From Eledone cirrhosa (lineage: Eukaryota), in assembly GCA_964016885.1 (NCBI GenBank), contig OZ024744.1, positions 51,026,001-51,090,000 on the forward strand: a stretch of DNA of 64,000 nt. The letters are read 5' to 3'. The translations under genes were made by a program, and so were the position numbers. The notes under the pieces are model-generated. The model saw only the letters and a program-made list of their open reading frames with translations, was not told the DNA's origin and ran no database searches. Below, piece after piece: positions 12,595 through 24,859 of this stretch; the stretch's first letter is position 1; every line of letters starts with the position of its first letter.

Positions 12595-15500
12595 AATAAA
12601 AATGAAAATTGAAACAATGAAATATTCCCCAATAGGGGGGAAACCTCCGAGGGTTACTCGTGGCGAAAACCACACAAAAGATCACGGCCACCCTGACCAC
12701 CAGGGCAAGCGCCCTCTCTCAATTTTTCCATTTCTCAAACTACAGGCGTATATTCAGAGCGGTCCCGTTCACTCGGACCATTCTCGCTACATTCACCCAC
12801 CTTTCAACAAACTTGCTAGAAGGCAGCACTTGCCTCTCCACCTTGATTTGCCTCTTCAAGTGAAACTTGAAAAAGTTAATTAGGGATTCGCCGAAGAAGA
12901 AAGTGTCTGTCTTTAACCCTTTCAACCTTGTCCACCACACAATCTCTTTTGCCATGGCCACCAGGCAGATGAAAACTGCCTGCTCTTCCTCCTCGAAGCA
13001 AGACGGCGAGACTCAGCCGATAACCGGATCAGTCCTACACGCGACAGCAACTGTTCGACATAGCTCCACAAGTCAGCAATGCAGCCGACAAAGGCGTCCT
13101 GAATTTCAGCTGAAGTAATCAGCCTTTCGCAGCGCTCAGCGTCGACCGTCGAGATGCGCGGCAAGCCGTCAAGGTAGGGACTGAAATCCGCTACTGTCTC
13201 TGACCCACCACTCTCCCCGAACAACCGAGCAAAGTGCTGGTGAAAGGCCTTACACATCCGCTTGGAATCGCTTATCTCGTGTCCGTCTCGGTCCGCCAAA
13301 GACCGAATTGTGATTTTATTACCACGCTGCGCCTCCGCCACGCGGGCCCATCGAACAGCTTTGGTTCCCTGGCACACGCCTTAGCTCTGACAATGCAAGC
13401 TTCGTGTTTCTCATTGAAGAAATGCTCCAATGCTCTAATTTCTAGAGACCTGAGATCGTTGAGCAAGTGACTCTGCTTCCAGGACGATACATGGCTTCGA
13501 ACATTTAAACTTCCTACTCTTAATACGGCCATGTTGGCAGGCTAAAAGAGAGAGGAAAGGTTTACTTACCTTCCGGGCTCTTGTGAAGGTCGGGAGGTTC
13601 AACCTCCATAGTTGGTGGGGTTTCTTTTAGGAACCCCTTTAAAAGTCTTGAAGTGGGTTTTACGTTCGGGGTTCCCACGTCCCGAGGAAAGCTGTCTCGT
13701 ATCTCTTTGTATAAATCGAGCGACATTCGCACCAGAAACAAATCGTCCGGCACGCGAAATGTGCTCGATTAAAAAATTTCCCCCTCTTTTTGTATTTCTT
13801 CACTTCGTGCTACGAGGGCCATTAGTTTCTTCTTGGCTCTCCTGACGAGCCCGAAGTTTTGTATGTTTTGTTTGCGTGGCTGTGGTGGTGATGGTTTTGA
13901 TGGTGTTGTTTCGGTTGTGTCTGTGTTTGTGGTGAGTGCGGTGTCTGTGGTTTTAGATGTTTGTGTGTGTATTTCTTGCGTCTGTTTAGGTTGTTTGCGT
14001 TTGAGGGATTCTGGTGATATTGATGGTGGTGTTGATGTTGGTGTTGTTGGGGAGATGTTTGCATGGGTGGTGTCTGCATTTTTTATTGTGGGTATTTTTG
14101 TGCTTTGTTGAGTTTTTTTTTTCTTTTTGTGTTTCCTTTTTTTTGTATTTTTGGGGATTTTGATTTTCCCTCATCTTCACTACTGGTAGATGAGGAGTTT
14201 GTGTCTGTAAGTGTGTCTGTGTGTTTATGTTTTTATTTATGTGTGTATTTTTGCGGGGAGGGGGATTATGACAACTTTCCTCGTTTCCCCCTGGGTGGTC
14301 AATGTTGGTGGTGGTCTTTCTGTTGGTGTTGTTCCTGGTGGTTTTGCCGGTGTTAGTGTTGGTTGTGGTCCTCGCCCCGGCGTTGGCAGCAGTGGAGCAC
14401 TTCGATCCCTTGCATCTTTCAGTAGTTGAGGGAAGAGGGCTCGCAAATGGGTTTTTCCCTCACAAACGAAACAATGCGGCCTTTTGACCTCAGTCATAAT
14501 GTGTATTACCGTCCCGTTCTGAAGACGGGTGTGGTCCGGGATTGTCTTCACATTCTCGGGCCTGAACTGGAGATGTATCTCCAGGTCAACCCCGGACCAG
14601 TCCTCTCTGGGAGTTCTTGTCACTTCTATCGGGACGGTATCCGTCCCCTCCACAATCACACATCTCAGAAGCCACCACATGTCAAGTCCTGGTGTGATTC
14701 TTGGTTCCTTTTCCCATATGGGAGGGGTACATTATGACTTTGCTGGTTTTGCAAGGTGTCATAGAGTGTGTCATAGCGAGGGCTTCTGACTTAAACAGCA
14801 CCGAAATGGTGCCGTATTGTCTGCCCCTCGCTATGTATTCGGTATCATCCCTGATGCACCTCAGCGCAACTTCGACATCTGCTTGTGGAATTAAACTGCC
14901 CTCTTGGTTTGTGCTGAGATGCATCTGTAAAGCACCGTTCTGCGCTCCACTGCTTCAATAGCTTCTACCGGGACAGTTAAGTTGGCACAGGTTTGCTCTT
15001 GCTTGATTAGCTTCCAGGCCTGGGCCAACTTTTAATCTTCGTTCGAGAGGTCCTTGCTGAAGCATGGCCTCTTTTTGGATGCTGCCGCAGCGAAAGTGTT
15101 CTTCTTGTTGTCGTTGGTGGTGTTGTTGCTGATGTCGTTGTTCTTGTTGGTGCTGTTGCTGTTATCACTGTTGCAGTTGGTTATATCTTTGGTGCCGCCG
15201 TTGTTGTTGTTCTCGGTGCAGTTGGTATTGTTGTTGTTGGTGCTATCGCTGTTTATGTTCTCGTTCGTGGTGTTAATTTCGTTGTTGCTTTGGTTGATAT
15301 TGTTGCTGCTGCTATTGTTGTTATTGTTGTTGTTGCTGTTGTTGTGGTTGTCACTGTTGTTGATATTGTTGTCTTTGTTGTCGTTCTTTCTGTTGTCATT
15401 ATTGCAGTTGTTGTTGATTTTCCTGTAGTTGTTGCTAGTGCTTTTGTCGTTCTTGTTCACGACTGTTTTTTTTTTTTTACTGTTTTTGGTAATGTCGCTG

Positions 15501-15680
15501 TTGCTGCTGTTGTCATTTTTGTTCTCACTGTTGTTGGTGCTGGTGTTGGCGATATTGCCTGATGTGGTGTTACATTAAAAAATTGTTGCGGGAGGGACAG
15601 CGTTATTAGCCTCAAAGTTTGACTCGCTGTCGCAAGACAGCAAAGTCAAAGTTGGAGGGCGTGCCTCCACCATGTTTCTT
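12591..15680 (-). mobile_element. Tx1/L1-like LINE with ORF1 remnant and heavily deleted ORF2
   Basis: N-rich ORF1 start and CFVCEGKTHLRAL knuckle remnant, homologous to 9662-10875. ORF2 start MAVLRVGSLNVRS jumps to the linker (HFFNEKHEACIVRAK) and then to the 3' end, finishing at (TA)n. Confidence 0.82.
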
Positions 15681-15902
15681 TTTTTTGATAAAAACTTTCT
15701 TTTAAACACACAAAGTTTATATTATTTGGGCCAAAAGGCCCGAATATTATGGGGTGTCCTTTCTTGGGGGCGAAGACTAAAGTCTTATTTCCTGTTTGAA
15801 ACAAAAATATTAATGACAAACGTATTTCAAACCGCAGAAAAAAACAACTTACGAGCTCACGATAGTACGTCCATTCGCTTCAACGACCAATAATAATAAT
15901 AA

Positions 15903-15998
15903 TTGCTTCTACATTTGGCACAATGCCAGCAATTACCCAGTACATTACTGGTACTTTATTTTATCGACCCCGTAAGGACGAAAAGCGAAGTTAACCTC
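15903..15998 (-). mobile_element. 3' part of tRNA-derived SINE
   Basis: Reverse complement of ggggtcgataaaataaagtaccagtaatg, shared with 33729-33915. Confidence 0.75.
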
Positions 15999-16235
15999 AT
16001 GCCCCCATGCAAATACTGACACGATATCCTACGACAGCATAGCAAATTGAAGTAGAAATATAAGGCTTCGCTGATACCCATCTTTTCCCGTTCAATGGGT
16101 TTACACGTCTCCTTATTAAGACTATGTTATTTAGTCAAATGTTACGCGAAGCCTTATATTTCTACTTCCTTTCTCATCAGATGTAGCTGTTGAAACGGCA
16201 GGAGCTCAGCCGTCAGGGTCCCGAATCCTTCATAT

Positions 16236-16300
<65 letters not shown>

Positions 16301-16360
16301 TTGTATTCATATTTATCAATCTTTATATGTATATATGATATATGTTTCTACGTATTCATA

Positions 16361-16418
<58 letters not shown>

Positions 16419-16466
16419 GACGTAAAATAAGAAAATTATAAAAATTAACTTACTTACTAAAATTTC

Positions 16467-16549
16467 ACTCCAACTAATTAGTTTCTGAAAGGGAATAAAC
16501 ATGGTTTCCAAATGGAAAGCATGGAGAAGACGTTTCGTCATCAGGAAGT
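16467..16549 (-). ncRNA. Type I hammerhead motif
   Basis: Minus strand: ACTTC | CTGATGA | cGAAA...catg-tttcca-tt-tggaaa-catg...TTTCa | GAAAC-TAATTA-GTT^ | GGAGT. Stem III is palindromic. Confidence 0.65.
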
Positions 16550-16843
16550 CTATTCTCAGCTAAGTTACCAGGCGATGCGTGGACACAGGGAACTTATACA
16601 AAAATAATTCAGTGGATGGAAAAAAGCAAGCGTGGACTAAATTCCAAGACATTGAAAAAATCACTGCCTACTTGGTCGGTGGCATATTCAAAAGAATCAA
16701 TCACGTGACATCGAGGTTAATCAGTGAGGAGTGGGGTGTTAAAAAGACAGTAGCCGAGCCATTGCTATGAACTATAGTAGCAGCTTTGGCAAATTTTTGC
16801 TCAACAAAATAATTTGGAGATAATTATAAAGAATTAGTATATT

Positions 16844-16914
<71 letters not shown>

Positions 16915-16974
16915 AAATATAAAGTAGCAAATAAGGACGAACTTGAAAAACTGAATACATATGCCTCTTGTATA

Positions 16975-18717
16975 ATGCATGAACTACACATTGAAAATAA
17001 AACACAACCCTTCATGCCAAGGAAACCTAAGATTAATATGAAGGATCATAAAAGAAACTTTGAAAATGATTTACCAGTCAGATTAATTGCACCATCTAAA
17101 TCTGACCTTGGCAGACTTAGCAAAAATATTCTAGACAGAATAATACAACAAATTAAGAATCTACCTAATTTATCTTACTTAAAATTATGGAAAGGGACTA
17201 GTGAGGTTATCGATTGGTTTAAAGAAATTAAATATAACTATAATAAGTTTATTCAGTTGGATATTGCTAACTACTACTCATCTATCACTCCTAATCTACT
17301 GAATAAGGCACTAACTTACGCATTTAAACATACAGACCTAACTAGCAATGAAATGCACATTATATTATCGGCACGGAAAACATTAATAGAATTTAATAAC
17401 CAACTCTGGACTAGGGCAGATAGAAATAATAATTTCGACATAACTATGGGATCTTCAGACTCAGCTCAGGTAACGGACCTTGTGGGCCTATTTATAATTA
17501 ATTCTCTACATAGAAAAATACCAGGTGTAACCGGAGGCTTATATCGTGACGACATGCTTTTGCTTATAGAAAATAATAGCTGTGAACTAAATAGAAAAAG
17601 AAAACAAATTATACAATTTTTTAATTACCTTAATCTAAAAGTAGAAATAGAGAATAACCATAAAATAGTCAATTTTCTAGATGTAACACTAAATCTTAAC
17701 ACATGTCTTCATTATCCATTTCACAAACTAAATGAGAACTTAAATTATGTCAATTTTAACTCTAATCACCCCAGACCCGTTAAAAATACTATAGTGAACT
17801 CTGTACAAGAACGAATTTCAAGAATTTCATCTAATAAGAATATATTTGATGAAAAAGCGCATTATTACAACGAAGCGTTAGGTAGAGCTGGGTATAGAAA
17901 TAAAATTAAATACATCGATAATAATAATAATATAAAAACTAACCAAAATAATAACAATTTTAACTATGGTAACAATTTTAACAACTATAATAGAAAACAT
18001 TACAATAATTCCGAAAGCCGAAAAAGAAATAGAACTAGGAATATACTATGGTTCGCTCCTCCTTTCTCACTAAATATTAAAACCCCTATTGCTAAATTAT
18101 TCTTTAAAGCTCTTGACAAACGCTTCTCTAGAACACATAGATATTACTCAATTTTTAATAAACATACTATAAAATTAACTTACTCTTCCACCAAAAATTT
18201 AGCGCAAAATATTAATAGAATTAATAATAGAAATTTAAAACCTAACCAAAATACCAATAATAACCCAAGCAATATTCAATCGAATAATTGTAACTGTAGA
18301 AATAAATCCAACTGTCAGTTAAATAACAACTGCTTAGCTAAAAATGTAGTTTATATTTGTAATGTTAAAACTAATTTAAATTCATTTAATTATGTCGGTT
18401 CTACCTCCACAGAGTTTAAATCCCGCTTCAATAATCATAAAAATTCTTTTACAGATCCAAACAAAAAATCTTCAGCTTCGCTATCTAGCCTATTATGGGA
18501 CCTAAAACGAAATAATGTTGAATATTCGCTGATTTGGAATATTATTTCAAAAGCTACTCCTTTTAATTCCTCTTCAGAAAATTGCGATCTTTGTATAGAG
18601 GAAATATTCTTTATATTAAAGACCAAAAATGCCCTTAATTTAAGGAATAATTTATTCAGTTGCTGCAGACATAGATTGAACTCAACGTTTAAATATAAAT
18701 ATAAATTTAAAATGTAG
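16975..18717 (+). CDS. Penelope-like RT + GIY-YIG polyprotein, uninterrupted 580 aa, probably 5'-truncated (Hydra-like lineage)
   Basis: KDHK, RLIAPSKSDLG, FIQLDIANYYSSI, FDITMGSSDSAQ, GLYRDD, NFLDVTLNL, CNCRNKSNC, VVYICNV..YVGST and FKSRFNNH. Preceded by (TA)n. Confidence 0.92.
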   Translation: MHELHIENKTQPFMPRKPKINMKDHKRNFENDLPVRLIAPSKSDLGRLSKNILDRIIQQIKNLPNLSYLKLWKGTSEVIDWFKEIKYNYNKFIQLDIANYYSSITPNLLNKALTYAFKHTDLTSNEMHIILSARKTLIEFNNQLWTRADRNNNFDITMGSSDSAQVTDLVGLFIINSLHRKIPGVTGGLYRDDMLLLIENNSCELNRKRKQIIQFFNYLNLKVEIENNHKIVNFLDVTLNLNTCLHYPFHKLNENLNYVNFNSNHPRPVKNTIVNSVQERISRISSNKNIFDEKAHYYNEALGRAGYRNKIKYIDNNNNIKTNQNNNNFNYGNNFNNYNRKHYNNSESRKRNRTRNILWFAPPFSLNIKTPIAKLFFKALDKRFSRTHRYYSIFNKHTIKLTYSSTKNLAQNINRINNRNLKPNQNTNNNPSNIQSNNCNCRNKSNCQLNNNCLAKNVVYICNVKTNLNSFNYVGSTSTEFKSRFNNHKNSFTDPNKKSSASLSSLLWDLKRNNVEYSLIWNIISKATPFNSSSENCDLCIEEIFFILKTKNALNLRNNLFSCCRHRLNSTFKYKYKFKM

Positions 18718-18879
18718 TATAATTAATTAAGTAATTTGGTTAATATATGAAACCTGTCGATAAATCATTAGATTCCTTCACCTTTTTCATTTTTTTCATT
18801 TTCTTTGGTTAAATACTCAAGTATAAATAAATTTTCTTCCTAAATATAAATATAAATATAATAAACTATTCTAGAAAAG

Positions 18880-19260
18880 TTTATCCTTTCAATATCTTGA
18901 GTAAAATATACGTATAAATTTCTATACTAAATATATTAAACATATTATTTTAACTTAAAATATTCTATAATATTTTAAAATATTTTAATATTTTGACATT
19001 TGTAGAATTCTTTTGTTTTTAAGTTATATTGATATAATATTTTATTTAGTTTTTATTAGGTTTGTTTTTATTCTGATAGCTTCTCATAATTTTCAAAACT
19101 TTATCCTTTCAATATCTTGAATAAAATATACGTAAGATAAATTTCTATACTAAATCTATTAAACATAGTATTTTAACTTAAAATATTCTATAATATTTTA
19201 AAATATTTTAATATTTTGATATTTGTAGAATTCTTTTGCTTTTAAATTATATTGATATAA
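18880..19260. repeat. Tandem duplication of about 220 bp in the PLE 3' UTR
   Basis: tttatcctttcaatatcttga..aaaatatacgta occurs at about 18880 and 19100, followed by long matching sequence. Confidence 0.8.
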
Positions 19261-20318
19261 TTATATTTCCAAAATATAATCCTTTTGTATTTTATGTACT
19301 CAATTGTACTATGTAATATATTGATGTATACTTATCTCTATACGACTATATATGTATGTGTGTGTATTAACATACATATACATGTGTTATATGCATTTTT
19401 ATAAATATATGTCTGTCTGTATAATATGCATGAGTGACCTGTGTCTACCAATTGGGTGAAGATGCACACACATGTTTATATATGTATATGTAAGAATTGT
19501 GTGTGTACATGTACATGTTTACCCATGCAATTTGATTGCAGATATGCATAATTTAACAGCCATAAATGCATGAAAGTTAATCCTATATATATATATATAT
19601 ATACTAACATTTTTTATTTAATAACACAAGGGATGTATAACATTAATAAAAAAAAAAAAAAAAAATCATTTATGCTTTGTATGTATATATTATATGCGGG
19701 AGTAGATATAATGTGTATTTTCTGAGTGTGTGTGTATATATATATTTATGTATTTTTGCGTATACGTACGTGCTATATGATAGGTAATTTCTCTAGCAAT
19801 ATATATATTTCGTAATGTTTAAATTCCAATTTTTTTATATATTGATCTCAATTTTTAAACTAAATATCTAATCATAGTTAAACAATGATTAATTTCTCAT
19901 ATTATATATGTATATTCCATTCATAAATATTAATATTTCTAATTTTATTTATTCATTTCATCTCAATTGTTAACTTAACTTAATATGACATGACTTAAGG
20001 TTTTCGCTCTCTTCCCCTCTCTCTATCTCTATATTTCTCTCTCTTGATTTTTTCTCTCTGTCTGGTGGTTTGATATCTCTCTGTTGTTTTTCTCTGTTTT
20101 CTTTTTTTCTTTTTTCTTTCTTCTTTTTCTTTATTTATTTCTCCCTTTTTTTTTCCACTTTTCTCTCTCTCGGTTTTTCTCTCTCTCCGTCTTTTTCCTT
20201 CTCCTTAACACAACGACTTACTAAAATAAACAAATCCACTATCCTGATGTCTTCCAAAAGTAACGGTTGCATTTTGAAAGGGTACGTCAATGTTTATTTA
20301 TAAAACTGGTATATATTG

Positions 20319-20383
20319 TATTTTGTCTGATGAAGGCATACCATAATTTAACATGGTATCCTTGAAATATGTATAATAAAATA
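20319..20383 (+). ncRNA. Type I hammerhead in the putative 3' pLTR of the 16975-18717 PLE
   Basis: TATTTTGT | CTGATGA | AGGCATACCAT...ATGGTATCCTT | GAAAT-ATGT-ATA^ | ATAAAATA. Homologs at 51992-52057 and 51788-51853. Confidence 0.78.
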
Positions 20384-20659
20384 AATATGGTTTTATAAAT
20401 ATAGTTTCCATTTGTTAATATCGTATATATATATATATATGAAAATTAGAGCTAAAACTCCAATTGGAACCCTGTAACTATTAAGCTCCAAGTATAAAAA
20501 TACTGAGCCGATTAATATATAGTAAGAAACACAGTAAACCGTGTGTCTAAAATTACAAGGGTTGAAAAACCACATTTGTTTGAAATATTTAACCAAGAAG
20601 CAGACAGAATGAAAAAATAAAAATATATTATTATACAAACCGCCTCAATAACCATTATA

Positions 20660-20740
20660 TCTCTCGGACAGATTATCCCTAATCTGTTTCGCCCTGAGTC
20701 TGTTTGTAACAGATAATCCTTGGGCATCATCAGCGAGAGA
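20660..20740 (-). ncRNA. Type I hammerhead (470-bp family)
   Basis: Reverse complement of 21313-21392, with one extra base in loop II. Confidence 0.88.
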
Positions 20741-21312
20741 ATCTGATTAAATGCAACAAACACTATTTGCCAACGTTCACACAGAAAGATGAATTTGTCA
20801 CCTCGTGCGCCGCTAGTCAAACGTGGTAAGTGCGTATTGAATAGAAATAACAGTCCAACACACACAACTTAATAAGCTCAACTTGTGAGGGAGCAAGCAG
20901 AAATATATATGAAAATTAGAGCTAAAACTCCAATTGGAACCCTGTAACTATTAAGCTCCAAGTATAAAAATACTGAGCCGATTAATATATAGTAAGAAAC
21001 ACAGTAAACCGTGTGTCTAAAATTACAAGGGTTGAAAAACCACATTTGTTTGAAATATTTCTTACTATATATTAATCGGCTCAGTATTTTTATACTTGGA
21101 GCTTAATAGTTACAGGGTTCCAATTGGAGTTTTAGCTCTAATTTTCATATATATTTCTGCTCCCTCACAAGTTGAGCTTATTAAGTTGTGTGTGTTGGAC
21201 TGTTATTTCTATTCAATACGCGCTTACCACGTTTGACTAGCGGCGCACGAGGTGACAAATTCATCTTTCTGTGTGAACGTTGGCAAATAGTGTTTGTTGC
21301 ATTTAATCAGAT

Positions 21313-21392
21313 TCTCTCGCTGATGATGCCCAAGATTATCTGTTACAAACAGACTCAGGGCGAAACAGATTAGGGATAATCTGTCCGAGAGA
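21313..21392 (+). ncRNA. Type I hammerhead (470-bp family)
   Basis: TCTCTCG | CTGATGA(T) | GCCC...GGGC | GAAACAGATTA-ggga-TAATCTGTC^ | CGAGAGA. Predicted cleavage after 21385. Confidence 0.9.
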
Positions 21393-21536
21393 TATAATGG
21401 TTATTGAGGCGGTTTGTATAATAATATATTTTTATTTTATCATTCTGTCTGCTTCTTGGTTAAATATTTCAAACAAATGTGGTTTTTCAACCCTTGTAAT
21501 TTTAGATACACAGTTTACTGTGTTTCTTACTATATA

Positions 21537-24522
21537 TAAAAACAAATAACGAAACGAAATTAAATTTCGTTTCGTTTGTAACTCACTTTTGTATGACTGA
21601 CGCTTAAACAATTAAGTTAAAAATGTACATCCACATATGTATACTGAAATACTAGTATGCATATGAATACACACACGTATACATATGTAGATGTACCAAG
21701 TCTTTCACTGGTTACTTTACTGTGAGTACCCAGCTATTCTGTATGTAAACACACAGACAAACCGGTTTTTAGAGTCATACTGGTTTTTGAGGAAACACCT
21801 TTCCTCTATTCTCCAGAAAGCCAGACAAGGAATATTGAACTAGTTTCGTTGTTGTTACAACTCATCAGCAATATTTACCTATCTACCGGCCTTTCTGGAG
21901 AATCGTAAAAGCACATATCGTTATATGCTTTTTCTATGAAAATTAGTAGTGGGCAGACTAATTTGCATAGAGTGTGAGTACGTACCGGCTCAACGGAGAC
22001 GATAAAAACAAATAACGAAACGAAATTAAATTTCGTTTCGTTTGTAACTCACTTTTGTATGACTGACGCTTAAACAATTAAGTTAAAAATGTACATCCAC
22101 ATATGTATACTGAAATACTAGTATGCATATGAATACACACACGTATACATATGTAGATGTACCAAGTCTTTCACTGGTTACTTTACTGTGAGTACCCAGC
22201 TATTCTGTATGTAAACACACAGACAAACCGGTTTTTAGAGTCATACTGGTTTTTGAGGAAACACCTTTCCTCTATTCTCCAGAAAGCCAGACAAGGAATA
22301 TTGAACTAGTTTCGTTGTTGTTACAACTCATCAGCAATATTTACCTATCTACCGGCCTTTCTGGAGAATCGTAAAAGCACATATCGTTATATGCTTTTTC
22401 TATGAAAATTAGTAGTGGGCAGACTAATTTGCATAGAGTGTGAGTACGTACCGGCTCAACGGAGACGATAAAAACAAATAACGAAACGAAATTAAATTTC
22501 GTTTCGTTTGTAACTCACTTTTGTATGACTGACGCTTAAACAATTAAGTTAAAAATGTACATCCACATATGTATACTGAAATACTAGTATGCATATGAAT
22601 ACACACACGTATACATATGTAGATGTACCAAGTCTTTCACTGGTTACTTTACTGTGAGTACCCAGCTATTCTGTATGTAAACACACAGACAAACCGGTTT
22701 TTAGAGTCATACTGGTTTTTGAGGAAACACCTTTCCTCTATTCTCCAGAAAGCCAGACAAGGAATATTGAACTAGTTTCGTTGTTGTTACAACTCATCAG
22801 CAATATTTACCTATCTACCGGCCTTTCTGGAGAATCGTAAAAGCACATATCGTTATATGCTTTTTCTATGAAAATTAGTAGTGGGCAGACTAATTTGCAT
22901 AGAGTGTGAGTACGTACCGGCTCAACGGAGACGATAAAAACAAATAACGAAACGAAATTAAATTTCGTTTCGTTTGTAACTCACTTTTGTATGACTGACG
23001 CTTAAACAATTAAGTTAAAAATGTACATCCACATATGTATACTGAAATACTAGTATGCATATGAATACATATGCATACTAGTATTTCAGTATACATATGT
23101 GGATGTACATTTTTAACTTAATTGTTTAAGCGTCAGTCATACAAAAGTGAGTTACAAACGAAACGAAATTTAATTTCGTTTCGTTATTTGTTTTTATCGT
23201 CTCCGTTGAGCCGGTACGTACTCACACTCTATGCAAATTAGTCTGCCCACTACTAATTTTCATAGAAAAAGCATATAACGATATGTGCTTTTACGATTCT
23301 CCAGAAAGGCCGGTAGATAGGTAAATATTGCTGATGAGTTGTAACAACAACGAAACTAGTTCAATATTCCTTGTCTGGCTTTCTGGAGAATAGAGGAAAG
23401 GTGTTTCCTCAAAAACCAGTATGACTCTAAAAACCGGTTTGTCTGTGTGTTTACATACAGAATAGCTGGGTACTCACAGTAAAGTAACCAGTGAAAGACT
23501 TGGTACATCTACATATGTATACGTGTGTGTATTCATATGCATACTAGTATTTCAGTATACATATGTGGATGTACATTTTTAACTTAATTGTTTAAGCGTC
23601 AGTCATACAAAAGTGAGTTACAAACGAAACGAAATTTAATTTCGTTTCGTTATTTGTTTTTATCGTCTCCGTTGAGCCGGTACGTACTCACACTCTATGC
23701 AAATTAGTCTGCCCACTACTAATTTTCATAGAAAAAGCATATAACGATATGTGCTTTTACGATTCTCCAGAAAGGCCGGTAGATAGGTAAATATTGCTGA
23801 TGAGTTGTAACAACAACGAAACTAGTTCAATATTCCTTGTCTGGCTTTCTGGAGAATAGAGGAAAGGTGTTTCCTCAAAAACCAGTATGACTCTAAAAAC
23901 CGGTTTGTCTGTGTGTTTACATACAGAATAGCTGGGTACTCACAGTAAAGTAACCAGTGAAAGACTTGGTACATCTACATATGTATACGTGTGTGTATTC
24001 ATATGCATACTAGTATTTCAGTATACATATGTGGATGTACATTTTTAACTTAATTGTTTAAGCGTCAGTCATACAAAAGTGAGTTACAAACGAAACGAAA
24101 TTTAATTTCGTTTCGTTATTTGTTTTTATCGTCTCCGTTGAGCCGGTACGTACTCACACTCTATGCAAATTAGTCTGCCCACTACTAATTTTCATAGAAA
24201 AAGCATATAACGATATGTGCTTTTACGATTCTCCAGAAAGGCCGGTAGATAGGTAAATATTGCTGATGAGTTGTAACAACAACGAAACTAGTTCAATATT
24301 CCTTGTCTGGCTTTCTGGAGAATAGAGGAAAGGTGTTTCCTCAAAAACCAGTATGACTCTAAAAACCGGTTTGTCTGTGTGTTTACATACAGAATAGCTG
24401 GGTACTCACAGTAAAGTAACCAGTGAAAGACTTGGTACATCTACATATGTATACGTGTGTGTATTCATATGCATACTAGTATTTCAGTATACATATGTGG
24501 ATGTACATTTTTAACTTAATTG
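21537..24522. mobile_element. Retrozyme-like inverted tandem array, 466-bp monomer: about 3.3 copies (-) and 3.1 copies (+)
   Basis: Exact period of 466 (21543, 22009, 22475, 22941). Inversion centre at 23064-23067. Hammerheads at 21831-21875, 22297-22341 and 22763-22807 (-), and 23324-23368, 23790-23834 and 24256-24300 (+). CTTACTATATAT flanks both sides. Confidence 0.92.
23324..23368 (+). ncRNA. Minimal type I hammerhead (466-bp family; representative of 6 copies)
   Basis: AATATTG | CTGATGA | GTTGT-aaca-ACAAC | GAAAC-TA-GTT^ | CAATATT. Stem I extends by TTCTCCAGAAAG pairing with CTTTCTGGAGAA. Confidence 0.9.
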
Positions 24523-24524
24523 CT

Positions 24525-24621
<97 letters not shown>

Positions 24622-24622
<1 letters not shown>

Positions 24623-24676
24623 TCTTTTACTCTTTTACCTGTTTCAGCCATCCGGCTGAGGCCATGCTGGGGCACC
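24622..24676 (-). mobile_element. SINE 3' tail fragment
   Basis: Minus strand ggtgccccagcatggcc...gctgaaacaggtaaaagagtaaaagag resembles an octopus SINE tail (recognised from memory, not searched). Confidence 0.55.
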
Positions 24677-24763
24677 GAAACACGGGATAATTTCTCTTTG
24701 GACATTTCTACGCATTTCTTATAAATACACTTTATCCAGCAACAACACATCCCCTGTTCCTTC

Positions 24764-24857
<94 letters not shown>

Positions 24858-24859
<2 letters not shown>

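Larger units (their letters stand above)
20433..21537. mobile_element. Retrozyme-like element, monomer about 470 bp: 1.3 copies (-) then 1 copy (+)
   Basis: gaaaattagagc repeats at 20441 and 20911. Strand switch near 21058. One hammerhead per arm. Confidence 0.85.
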
